DNA of 64,000 nucleotides, taken from the NCBI GenBank assembly GCA_947593585.1, contig CANQDP010000002.1:53947-117946 (forward strand), in the 5' to 3' direction. This stretch comes from an uncultured Clostridia bacterium. GTDB taxonomy: Bacteria > Bacillota > Clostridia > Christensenellales > UBA1242. This document shows positions 51,321 through 59,817 of the stretch, in pieces (within the stretch, counting starts at the first letter, position 1; each line of letters begins with the position of its first letter). Below the pieces are notes generated by a model. That model worked only from the letters and a program-made list of their open reading frames with translations. It had not been told where the DNA came from and made no database searches. The position numbers and the translations under genes were made by a program.

Positions 51321-51612
51321 ACTTTTTGGTTTTCTTCAACAAAGACTTGAAAGAAGCGCTTAATTTTACTTGTGGAACTTTGCAAGCAGCAATTTTCATC
51401 TTTTTGCCGGTGAATGGGTTCACACCATCTTTAGCCTTTCTATCTTTGATGCAAACATTGAAATAGCCAGTGAAGTGAGTTTCATAGCCCTTTTGAGTGT
51501 TCTCTTTCAATTGCTCGCCAGCAGCGGTTAAAACCAACTTAACTTGAGCAAGAGAAAGACCTGTTCTCTCAGCAACTTGTTTGTGGAAATCCCCAGTACC
51601 AATAATGTTCAT
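51319..51612 (-). CDS. hup: HU/IHF-family nucleoid protein
   Basis: FHKQVAERTGLSLAQVKLVLTAAGEQL ... GVNPFTGKKMKIAACKVPQVKLS (beta-arm). SD aaggag. Confidence 0.85.
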   Translation of the reverse strand: MNIIGTGDFHKQVAERTGLSLAQVKLVLTAAGEQLKENTQKGYETHFTGYFNVCIKDRKAKDGVNPFTGKKMKIAACKVPQVKLSASFKSLLKKTKK

Positions 51613-51904
51613 ATTGTCTCCTTTTATCCGTTGAATGTTTCAACTTACTAAAATGCTAACAAAATTTTTTTTATAAATCAACTATTTTTAAGTGGTTTTT
51701 TAAAAATTTTTTCAAAATTAATTGAAGATTTTCTATTCCCTTTCAAAAACTTTTAAAATTGGGCAAATTTTGCAAAAACACTAGCATTTTTCTTTTAAAT
51801 GTGTTAAAATAATAAGTCAAAACTTTAAATTGATTATTAAATATTGCTGTTCACGAGATTTTATCGTGAAAATAGCGCAAGAATAGGCAAATTGAGGAGA
51901 ACTT

Positions 51905-53725
51905 ATGGATATTAGAAATATTGCAATAATCGCCCATGTTGACCATGGCAAAACTAGCCTTGTCAATGCTCTTTTAAAGCAGGGCGGTGTGTTTAGAGAA
52001 AATCAGGATGTGGAAGATAGGGTTATGGACTCAAACGCACTCGAGCGCGAGAGGGGAATTACGATTTTAAGCAAAAACTGCTCAGCATTCTATAAAAACA
52101 CAAAAATTAATATTGTGGACACGCCCGGACACGCCGATTTTGGCGGTGAAGTGGAGCGCGTTTTAAAAATGGTGGATGGCGTGCTTTTGGTGGTTGACGC
52201 CTTTGAAGGCCCTATGCCACAAACGCGTTTTGTGCTTGAAAAAGCGTTGGCTCTTAATTTAAAAGTGGTGATTGTTATCAATAAAATAGACCGCCCAGAT
52301 GCGCGCCTTGATGTGGTGGCAGACGAAGTGTTGGAACTTATGCTCGACTTAAACGCCACGGATGAGCAGTTGGATAGCCCTATTGTGTATTGCTCTGCGC
52401 GTGATGGAGTTGCCACAAAAGATTATAAGCAACCCGGCAAAGATATGAGCCCGCTTTTTGAAACCATTATTAGCCACATAGACCCTCCAAATATGGACGA
52501 GAGCCTTCCTTTTCAAATGCTAATTTCTTCCACCGAGCAAAACGATTATCTTGGCAAATTGGCAGTTGGCAAAGTGGAAACTGGCAGGGTGAAACTCAAC
52601 CAAACCGTTTATGTGAAAAACTATTTTGACCCAACAAAAAAATATTCGGGCAAGGTGGTGAACATTTTCAATTTTGACGGCTTGAAGAGGGATAATATTG
52701 AATTTGGCACAGCGGGAGATATTGTCTGCCTGGCAGGTCTTAGCGATGTTACGATTGGGGACACAATCAGCGAAACGCCAGATATGGAGCCAATTCCTTT
52801 TGTGAAGATTAGTGAGCCAAGCGTGGAAATGACATTTATGGTGAACGATAGCCCATTCGCTGGCAAAGAAGGCAAGTTTGTAACGAGCAGGCACATAAAA
52901 GAAAGATTATATAAAGAAGCCGTGAAAGATTTGTCCTTACAAGTGGAGGACGGCGCTTCTGCCGACCAATTTAAAGTGCGCGGAAGGGGAGAAATGCACC
53001 TTTCAATCCTAATTGAAAATATGCGCAGAGATGGCTATGAATTCCAAGTTAGCCGACCACGCGTTTTATATAAGCAGATAGACGGCGTGAGGTGTGAGCC
53101 TATAGATAAGGTGGTGCTTGATGTGCCAGAAGATTGTGTGGGCACTGTGATGCAGTCCATGGGTGTTAAGCGTGGCGAACTTATTAGCATGAATGCCATA
53201 GGCAGCAGAATGCGTTTGCAATTTTTAGTGCCTAGCCGTGGGTTATTTGGCTATAAATCTCAACTTTTAACCGACACGCGCGGTGAAGGAATTATGTCTA
53301 GCATTTTTGATAGTTATCAACCATATAAGGGCGATATTGAAGGCAGAAACTCAGGCTCGTTAATTAGTTATGAAACGGGTGAAGCAATCACTTACGGCTT
53401 GTTTAACGCTCAGGGCAGGGGCAGATTGCTTGTCCGCCCGGGCGAAAAAGTGTACTTAGGTCAGGTGGTTGGCATTAACCCTAAAGGTGATGACATTGTG
53501 GTGAATGTCTGCAAGAAAAAGCAGTTGACCAACACCCGTAGCAGCGCAAGCGATGACGCACTAAAACTCACTCCTATTCAAACCATGTCGCTCGAAGAGG
53601 CGCTTGAATTTATTGCCGATGACGAACTTGTGGAAATCACTCCACAAAATATCCGCATTAGAAAGGCAATTCTCGACCATCAACTGCGCGCAAAATCTCA
53701 TAAGCCTGTTGTGATGGACAACTAA
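51905..53725 (+). CDS. typA: Translational GTPase TypA/BipA
   Basis: IRNIAIIAHVDHGKTSL, DTPGHADFGGEV and NKID motifs. 606 aa. Confidence 0.95.
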   Translation: MDIRNIAIIAHVDHGKTSLVNALLKQGGVFRENQDVEDRVMDSNALERERGITILSKNCSAFYKNTKINIVDTPGHADFGGEVERVLKMVDGVLLVVDAFEGPMPQTRFVLEKALALNLKVVIVINKIDRPDARLDVVADEVLELMLDLNATDEQLDSPIVYCSARDGVATKDYKQPGKDMSPLFETIISHIDPPNMDESLPFQMLISSTEQNDYLGKLAVGKVETGRVKLNQTVYVKNYFDPTKKYSGKVVNIFNFDGLKRDNIEFGTAGDIVCLAGLSDVTIGDTISETPDMEPIPFVKISEPSVEMTFMVNDSPFAGKEGKFVTSRHIKERLYKEAVKDLSLQVEDGASADQFKVRGRGEMHLSILIENMRRDGYEFQVSRPRVLYKQIDGVRCEPIDKVVLDVPEDCVGTVMQSMGVKRGELISMNAIGSRMRLQFLVPSRGLFGYKSQLLTDTRGEGIMSSIFDSYQPYKGDIEGRNSGSLISYETGEAITYGLFNAQGRGRLLVRPGEKVYLGQVVGINPKGDDIVVNVCKKKQLTNTRSSASDDALKLTPIQTMSLEEALEFIADDELVEITPQNIRIRKAILDHQLRAKSHKPVVMDN

Positions 53726-53760
53726 TTTGGTTGCTCATCTTGAGCATAAAAGGAAGAAAA

Positions 53761-54018
53761 ATGCGAAACACTCAAAATGAACAATTTGAACGAGCGTTTA
53801 AGGTGGCAAAAAGGATAGGCATCACCATGCTTTGCTGTTTGCCCGTGCTGATTGCGTTTGCTTATTTGACGCGCCGAGTGATTAAATCTAGCGCACTTCA
53901 AATTTTATGTTTCGTTTTAATTATGGGAGTGGTGGTTTTGATTGAAGAAATTATTGCTCGCAAAAAAGAAAAACGCAAGATTGAAAGAGATATAACAAAT
54001 AAAGATGTGTTTAAATAA
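53761..54018 (+). CDS. Small two-TM membrane protein (85 aa)
   Basis: SD aaaggaag precedes the ATG at 53761. Two hydrophobic helices. Confidence 0.5.
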   Translation: MRNTQNEQFERAFKVAKRIGITMLCCLPVLIAFAYLTRRVIKSSALQILCFVLIMGVVVLIEEIIARKKEKRKIERDITNKDVFK

Positions 54019-54034
54019 ATATTAAACACTTGGC

Positions 54035-54061
54035 AAAAAACACGCACGACGTGTTTTTTTG
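54035..54061 (+). terminator. Terminator
   Basis: Stem aacacg/cgtgtt followed by a T7 run. Confidence 0.6.
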
Positions 54062-54130
54062 CTGAAATTTTAGGCAAAATGGAAATAATTGGTGATTATA
54101 AATTTATAAAATTTAAAATAGTAAAAAGTG

Positions 54131-54159
54131 TTTACAAATCTAAAAAAATGTTGTAAAAT
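54131..54159 (+). promoter_or_regulatory. dnaB promoter, followed by an approximately 125-nt leader
   Basis: TTTACA (54131-54136), 17 nt, TAAAAT (54154-54159). Confidence 0.5.
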
Positions 54160-54288
54160 GTTTGATAACTTATAGCGCACGATAGAAAGTGCCAAAAGTT
54201 AAGCGTACAAACTATATGCTGTGTTTTGTTAACTTGAAAGCCCAACATATTGAAGATGAAAATTGAAAATACAAAAGGAGAGAGGTTT

Positions 54289-55728
54289 ATGGCAAATGTT
54301 TCAAAGATGCCAAGAATTATGCCCTATAGCCTAGAGGCTGAGCAGAGTTTGCTTGGGTGCATGTTCTTATCTAGTGCGGTTAGTGTGGATATTATTCCAA
54401 TAGTGTCTGTTAGAGATTTCTATTCCACCGCCCATCAAAAGATTTATCAGGCTATGTTGGATAACTACTATAAAGATGTTGCCATAGACTATGTAACCGT
54501 TACCAAAGTGCTTGAAGATAAGGGCGAACTTGAAGAGGTTGGTGGGCTCAGCTATGTGGCAGAACTCACAAACTATGTGCCAAGTGCGGCGAACTATATG
54601 TCTTATTATGAAATTGTGCATAGTGATAGTATGCTCAGGCAGATTATTGAAGCGTGCCAAGAAGTGATAAATTCTGCTTTTGAGAGAAAAGATTCCGCCG
54701 AAGTGTTAGCCGCAGCTGAAAAAGCCATTTTCGACATTGGTCAATCTAGAAGGCGTGGTGATTTGGAACACATCAAAAAGGGCGTAAACGAAGCACTTGA
54801 TTTAATGGAAAAAATCTCAATCGACCCTAATTCAAACACAGGCGTTAAAGTTGGCTTCCCAACTTTGGATAAATACACAAACGGCTTCAAGCCGGGCGAA
54901 CTCATCATTATAGCTGCCCGCCCCGGCATAGGCAAAACCACACTTGCTGTTAATTTTGCAGTTAATTCTGCGCTTAAATATGGCAAAACAATAGCGATGT
55001 TTGACCTAGAAATGTCCATGCTACAGGTGGCTCAACGCTTCATTTGCTCCACGGGCAGAGTGGCGATGGACTATGTGAAAGGTGGCACAAAAGACCAAAC
55101 CGTTTGGGACACTTTAATTGAAACCAAGAAAATTCTTGAAAATTCAAATATTTATGTGGATGACACCACAAATATTTCCCCTGCCGACATATTGGGTAAG
55201 TGCAGAAAGTTGAAGGCAAAATATGGGCTAGACATGGTGATTATCGACTATTTGCAACTCATGAAGAGCGAACGCCCAACCAAAGACGGCAATCGTCAGC
55301 AAGAAGTTGCCAACCTCACAAGAGATTTAAAGTTGGCGGCGCGTGAGTTGGGCGTGCCAATAATCTTGCTTTCACAACTTAATCGTGAAAGTGAAAAGCG
55401 CACAAACAAAACTCCTCAGTTGAGCGACCTTAGGGAGAGCGGTAGCATAGAGCAAGATGCCGATATCGTTATGTTTATTGCAGACATTCAGGCTGAGGGT
55501 GTTCAGCCAGATGGTGGCGATGACGCACTTGATTATTCACTTGTGATAGCTAAGCATAGAAATGGTGCGCGTGGCACAATTCCAATCAAATGGAAGAGCG
55601 AGTTTACTCAATTCTATGAAAATGGCAAGGACACACGCTTCACAAAAAACACAAGCAAAGTGCAAAAGGGCACAGTGCTCACTCCAACAACCGATAGCGA
55701 TATTGATGACATTTTTAAAGAAGATTAA
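54289..55728 (+). CDS. dnaB: Replicative DNA helicase (DnaB family, called DnaC in Bacillus)
   Basis: SD aaggagag precedes the ATG at 54289. PYSLEAEQSLLGCM, ARPGIGKTT Walker A, IIDYLQLM, LSQLNR. Confidence 0.95.
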   Translation: MANVSKMPRIMPYSLEAEQSLLGCMFLSSAVSVDIIPIVSVRDFYSTAHQKIYQAMLDNYYKDVAIDYVTVTKVLEDKGELEEVGGLSYVAELTNYVPSAANYMSYYEIVHSDSMLRQIIEACQEVINSAFERKDSAEVLAAAEKAIFDIGQSRRRGDLEHIKKGVNEALDLMEKISIDPNSNTGVKVGFPTLDKYTNGFKPGELIIIAARPGIGKTTLAVNFAVNSALKYGKTIAMFDLEMSMLQVAQRFICSTGRVAMDYVKGGTKDQTVWDTLIETKKILENSNIYVDDTTNISPADILGKCRKLKAKYGLDMVIIDYLQLMKSERPTKDGNRQQEVANLTRDLKLAARELGVPIILLSQLNRESEKRTNKTPQLSDLRESGSIEQDADIVMFIADIQAEGVQPDGGDDALDYSLVIAKHRNGARGTIPIKWKSEFTQFYENGKDTRFTKNTSKVQKGTVLTPTTDSDIDDIFKED

Positions 55729-55788
55729 AGTTAAAAATGGCATATATTGATGACATTTTTAAAGAAGATTAAAGTTAAGAATGGCACA
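55701..55788. repeat. 44-bp tandem duplication spanning the dnaB stop codon
   Basis: Positions 55701-55744 and 55745-55788 are identical except for 2 substitutions (tattgatgacatttttaaagaagattaaagttaaRaatggcaYa). Confidence 0.9.
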
Positions 55789-55826
55789 CATCGACGCTTT
55801 TTAAGGACTAATCAAAAGGAGAACGG

Positions 55827-56363
55827 ATGAAATATTATCACGGCTCACGAAATGGAAATTTGCATGAACTTAGCCTAGCAAAATCTAATGACGGATATGT
55901 TTATCTAACGCCGGATTATGGTGCTGCCGTGCTTTATGGTGCTTGTCCGCTAAGATTTTGGAATTACAATTTGAAAGAAAACAAATTGATTATTCGCGAA
56001 ATTGCCAAAGATGGCTTTAAAACAATGTATAAAGGCGTGCCGTTTTATATTTATTCCACTGGCGATATAGGCGAATTTGAAGAGTGCAATTCTCGCGGGC
56101 GAAAGGCGGTGAGGATGAAGCACGATGTGAAACTAAAAGAAAAAGAGTTTGTGCCCGATGCCTACGAAAAGATTATGGAACTCTATAAAAAAGGTGAAAT
56201 TATATTGTGGTTTTGGGATAAATACACAGACGAAGAAAAGCAAATTTGCGTTGATAGTTTGCACAAGACATTTAATGAAGATGTGATGCGAGATGAAAAG
56301 GCAAGATTTCCAGAAGAATATCAATTATTTATAAAGATGCGCCCAGAAATGGAAGTGAAATAG
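55827..56363 (+). CDS. Hypothetical protein, 178 aa (weak PARP/ART-like H-Y signature)
   Basis: SD aaggag. N-terminal YYHGSRNG followed by DGYVYLTPDYGAAVLYG. See findings. Confidence 0.55.
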   Translation: MKYYHGSRNGNLHELSLAKSNDGYVYLTPDYGAAVLYGACPLRFWNYNLKENKLIIREIAKDGFKTMYKGVPFYIYSTGDIGEFEECNSRGRKAVRMKHDVKLKEKEFVPDAYEKIMELYKKGEIILWFWDKYTDEEKQICVDSLHKTFNEDVMRDEKARFPEEYQLFIKMRPEMEVK

Positions 56364-56374
56364 AAGGAGAAAGT

Positions 56375-56794
56375 ATGATTATTGAAGAGATAAAAAAGGG
56401 AAATGTTCAGGCAATGAAAGAACACGATAGCGTGGCTCGCGCAATTTATGGCGTGGTGATGAATAAAGTGCTTTTAAACGGCATTGAACTTAAGAAGGAC
56501 GGCAAAGAGCAGACGGATAATGACGTGGTTCAAATATTGCAAAAAACACTTAAAGAGCTAACGGAAGAAAAAGAAAACTATTTGAAAGTGCACAATGATT
56601 TAGAGGCGGAAAACATCGAAAGGCAAAAGCAGATAATTTCAAAATATCTTCCTCAAATGCTTAGTGAGGCAGAAATAAGGGCTGTGATTGCCACTTTGGA
56701 GGATAAATCAATCCCGTCCGTGATGAAACATTTTAAAGAGCATTATGCGGGCAAGGTGGATATGGGTCTTGTGAATAAAATCGCAAGAAGTTAA
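56375..56794 (+). CDS. GatB/YqeY-domain protein
   Basis: Typical YqeY layout (IKKGNVQAMKEHDS...ILQKTLKEL...KYLPQMLSEAEIRAVI...MGLVNKIAR). Confidence 0.8.
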   Translation: MIIEEIKKGNVQAMKEHDSVARAIYGVVMNKVLLNGIELKKDGKEQTDNDVVQILQKTLKELTEEKENYLKVHNDLEAENIERQKQIISKYLPQMLSEAEIRAVIATLEDKSIPSVMKHFKEHYAGKVDMGLVNKIARS

Positions 56795-56830
56795 AGGCAA
56801 TTTAAAAAAATCTATTGCCTTTTTTCTTTT
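56794..56830 (+). terminator. Terminator
   Basis: Stem aaggcaat/attgcctt followed by a T run. Confidence 0.55.
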
Positions 56831-56870
56831 TTTTGCTATAATATATTTATAGGGGTTAAAAGGAATAAAT

Positions 56871-57344
56871 ATGGAAAGAGAATTGTATGGCGAATTAGAA
56901 GGTTTCGACGAGGAAGAAGTTCGGGAAGAAGCACCCGTTGCAGAAGCAGATAAAGCGCAGATTGCTTATGAACGAAAGTTGGTTAGAGTGCTAATAATTA
57001 GGATTGACGAAAGCAGAAAATTATTGGCTAGGAGCAAAAAATCCACTTTGCCTGTTGCAACAACCGCAAAGTGCAATGCAAATGTTAAAGAGGCCGAATT
57101 TGTTAAACTTGTCGCTCTTAAAAAAGTGCTCACAGAGTTGACGGAAAAAGACAGAATGATTACCGAAGAAGGCTTCAAAAGAGTTGTGGCTAGAAAGCCT
57201 ATTGCATTCAGTTTTTATGCTAAAATGGTTAGGTTATATCCAGATTTCTTGCAAGAGCTTGCAAAAGAAAATGGTGTTAAACTCGTTGCAGATAGATATG
57301 GTGCAGATTTGAAGGCCAAAAAGGTTGAAAAAATCACATTATAA
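56871..57344 (+). CDS. Hypothetical protein, 157 aa
   Basis: TATAAT promoter about 30 nt upstream and SD aaaggaa. No motif recognised. Confidence 0.5.
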   Translation: MERELYGELEGFDEEEVREEAPVAEADKAQIAYERKLVRVLIIRIDESRKLLARSKKSTLPVATTAKCNANVKEAEFVKLVALKKVLTELTEKDRMITEEGFKRVVARKPIAFSFYAKMVRLYPDFLQELAKENGVKLVADRYGADLKAKKVEKITL

Positions 57345-57376
57345 GCCTTAAAGTGGGCAGATTTAGGTGGACGGTT

Positions 57377-57967
57377 ATGGAAAACATCGTTGACACTTCA
57401 CATTTAGTGCACGATAAAGCGTTTAAATGCTTAATCAAAAAACTAAAAGATGAAGAAATCAAAAAAGTTTTAGATGCGGGCAGTGGCAAAACTAGTGCCT
57501 CTATTTTGCTGAAATATTTCAAAGAGGCGCATGTTGATGCAGTGATTTATCCGGGCGATAACCGTAAAAAAAATCCACTTGAAAATGCCATAGGGAGCGA
57601 TAGGCTCGAAGTGGTGGAAGTGGATTTAACTAAGTCTTGCGTTAGGAAACACTACGATTTGTGTCTTGCTATGCTAACGCTTGGCGAGGCGCAGAATTTT
57701 GGCAATTCATTTGAAAGTCTGTTTCATGGAATTATGGATATTAAAGCGCATTGGTTTGTGCTTTATGATATTCTTGAAGACCCTTGCGTGCATTTTAGAT
57801 ATATCGACCAATATTTAAAGGAAAAGGGCTTTAAAATCGTCACTAAAAAGAAATTTAGAAACCCGCACCCAGAGCACTATCCAAAAGTGAATTTTGACAA
57901 ATATAAACTTGAATTTGATAGCAAACACTTTGTTGGCTATTTAATAAAGAACTTAAATATAAATTAA
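57377..57967 (+). CDS. Putative class-I SAM-dependent methyltransferase-like protein
   Basis: SD aggtgga precedes the ATG at 57377. VLDAGSGKTSASILL resembles motif I. Weak call. Confidence 0.4.
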   Translation: MENIVDTSHLVHDKAFKCLIKKLKDEEIKKVLDAGSGKTSASILLKYFKEAHVDAVIYPGDNRKKNPLENAIGSDRLEVVEVDLTKSCVRKHYDLCLAMLTLGEAQNFGNSFESLFHGIMDIKAHWFVLYDILEDPCVHFRYIDQYLKEKGFKIVTKKKFRNPHPEHYPKVNFDKYKLEFDSKHFVGYLIKNLNIN

Positions 57968-57988
57968 ACTGCTTTAAGCAGTTTTTTT
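57966..57988 (+). terminator. Terminator
   Basis: Stem aaactgc/gcagttt followed by a T7 run. Confidence 0.6.
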
Positions 57989-58000
57989 ATTTTAAATGCC

Positions 58001-58029
58001 TTTACAATTTTTGAAATTTTTTTTATAAT
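58001..58029 (+). promoter_or_regulatory. Promoter positioned for a leaderless transcript of the 58036 gene
   Basis: TTTACA (58001-58006), 17 nt, TATAAT (58024-58029), then 6 nt (aatttc), then ATG. No SD. Confidence 0.55.
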
Positions 58030-58035
58030 AATTTC

Positions 58036-58737
58036 ATGAAGTGCTTGAAAAATGAGGATTATTTAATTAATTATCCTGAAGAACTCGAACATTTAGTGAA
58101 AAACGCAGTGGATTATTCCGTTAAGAAGAAAGGAGAAAACTGCAAAATTTTTCATTGCAAAACCGCCGACATTCCTCAACTCAAGGCTTCGATTTTTATT
58201 GATAGAAAAAAATTTGTGGACTATATCAAAAAAGTGTCCGGCGGGCAAGAGCCACCAGAGTGGGCAACAGGTTGTTTTTATAATGGCGAAATTCAAATTT
58301 TTGCCAACCCTCACAATAAAGTTGAAACGAGTTTTTTAATGGGCACTATTGCACATGAAACGGTGCACCTAATGTTTAACAAATTAATCTATGAAAAATA
58401 TAAGATTGACCGCCTTGTTTGGTTAGATGAAAGTTTTGCAAATTATTTAGATGGCATTGTTCTCTCTTGGCGGGGAGATAGTTGGGATAAATTGGTTGCG
58501 CGATTGTTGCCTTATAAAGACTTTAATGTGAACAATTTAAACAACAGAAACAAGGTTGTAACGAAAAATTATGACGGCTACGATATGTTTCGCATCATTG
58601 GCAAGTATATTTGTGAAAATAATTTGGCTCAGGAATATTTGCAAATGTTAAAAACTGATAGAAATAAAGTGATGCGTCTTGGCAAAACGATTTTAAAGAC
58701 GGCAATTAATTGGTTCGTTGAACGGGGCAATTCATAG
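58036..58737 (+). CDS. Peptidase-MA-like (gluzincin) protein
   Basis: IAHETVHLMF followed 18 aa later by WLDESFANY (HExxH...E, Peptidase_MA_2-like). Confidence 0.5.
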   Translation: MKCLKNEDYLINYPEELEHLVKNAVDYSVKKKGENCKIFHCKTADIPQLKASIFIDRKKFVDYIKKVSGGQEPPEWATGCFYNGEIQIFANPHNKVETSFLMGTIAHETVHLMFNKLIYEKYKIDRLVWLDESFANYLDGIVLSWRGDSWDKLVARLLPYKDFNVNNLNNRNKVVTKNYDGYDMFRIIGKYICENNLAQEYLQMLKTDRNKVMRLGKTILKTAINWFVERGNS

Positions 58738-58754
58738 CGATGTGGAGAAAATAG

Positions 58755-59258
58755 ATGAGAGAAATTGAGATTAGAAAGGCAGAAAGTGAGGACGCTGAAA
58801 AGATTGTTGATGTGAATTTTAACTCTTGGGAAACAACTTATGGCGGAATTTTCAAGCAAGATGTTTTTGAAAAAAGGAAATTGAATAAAGACAAAAACAT
58901 TGCTTGGTGGAAGCAACATTTGGCAGGCGAACACGATGTTTATGTGGCACTTGTGGGCAAAAAGATTGTTGGCTATATGGATTTTTATAGAGAAAGTAGA
59001 ACTCACGAGGGATATGCCGAAATTGCAAGCATTTACATTTTAAAAGATTATCAAAAAAGGGGTGTGGGAAGAAGATTTTTTGAAATAGCAATCGAGTTAA
59101 CAAAACAAGCAAACAAAACAAAATTTATGCTTAATGTCCTTGATAAAAATTCATCACTTGAATTTTATAAAAAGATGGGCGGAAAGGTTGTCGAAACTTT
59201 TGAAATTGAAAAGTCTGGGGACAAATTTGTTGAAGATGTTATGTCTTTTGATGTTTAG
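58755..59258 (+). CDS. GNAT-family N-acetyltransferase
   Basis: YQKRGVGRRFFEIAIELTK acetyl-CoA motif and FYKKMGG. Confidence 0.8.
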   Translation: MREIEIRKAESEDAEKIVDVNFNSWETTYGGIFKQDVFEKRKLNKDKNIAWWKQHLAGEHDVYVALVGKKIVGYMDFYRESRTHEGYAEIASIYILKDYQKRGVGRRFFEIAIELTKQANKTKFMLNVLDKNSSLEFYKKMGGKVVETFEIEKSGDKFVEDVMSFDV

Positions 59259-59261
59259 ATT

Positions 59262-59807
59262 ATGAAACTTATAATGATTTTTGGAGACCAAGCAGTTGGC
59301 AAAATGACAGTTGGGCAAAAATTGGAGGCAATCACCAATTTAAAACTTTTTCACGGGCATGTTGTGATTGAGCCGATTTTAGAGTTGTTTGGTGAATTTA
59401 AAGGTCAGTTAATTAAGAATGTTAGGGAGTTGATTTTTAAAGAATTTGCAAAGTCTAATAACTATGGCATGATTTTCACTTACACTTGGGCTTTCGATAG
59501 GCAAGAAGATTGGGATTATGTGAAAAGCATTCAAACAATCTTCAAAAATGCAGAGATTTATTATGTGGAACTTGTGGCATCTCAGCAAGTTCGCTTGCAA
59601 AGGAACGCAACCCCAAATAGATTGAAGCACAAGCAGTCTAAAAGAAATTTGGAATTATCCAACAATTTAATCTATGAGTTTAATTCTAAATATCGAATGC
59701 AAAGCCGAGAGGGAGAGATTAAATTCAAAAATTATATTAAGATAGACAACACAAACTTGTCTGCCACAAAAGTGGCAAAAATGATAAAAGAAAAATTTAA
59801 TTTATAA
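59262..59807 (+). CDS. P-loop NTPase/kinase-like protein
   Basis: N-terminal IMIFGDQAVGKMTVGQKL Walker A. 181 aa. Confidence 0.55.
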   Translation: MKLIMIFGDQAVGKMTVGQKLEAITNLKLFHGHVVIEPILELFGEFKGQLIKNVRELIFKEFAKSNNYGMIFTYTWAFDRQEDWDYVKSIQTIFKNAEIYYVELVASQQVRLQRNATPNRLKHKQSKRNLELSNNLIYEFNSKYRMQSREGEIKFKNYIKIDNTNLSATKVAKMIKEKFNL

Positions 59808-59817
59808 AGGAGAAATT

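Noticed and set aside
59808-59817. Expectation of a T-box leader upstream of metG
   Set aside because: Only 10 nt separate metG from the preceding gene, so there is no room for a T-box. metG is probably co-transcribed with upstream genes.
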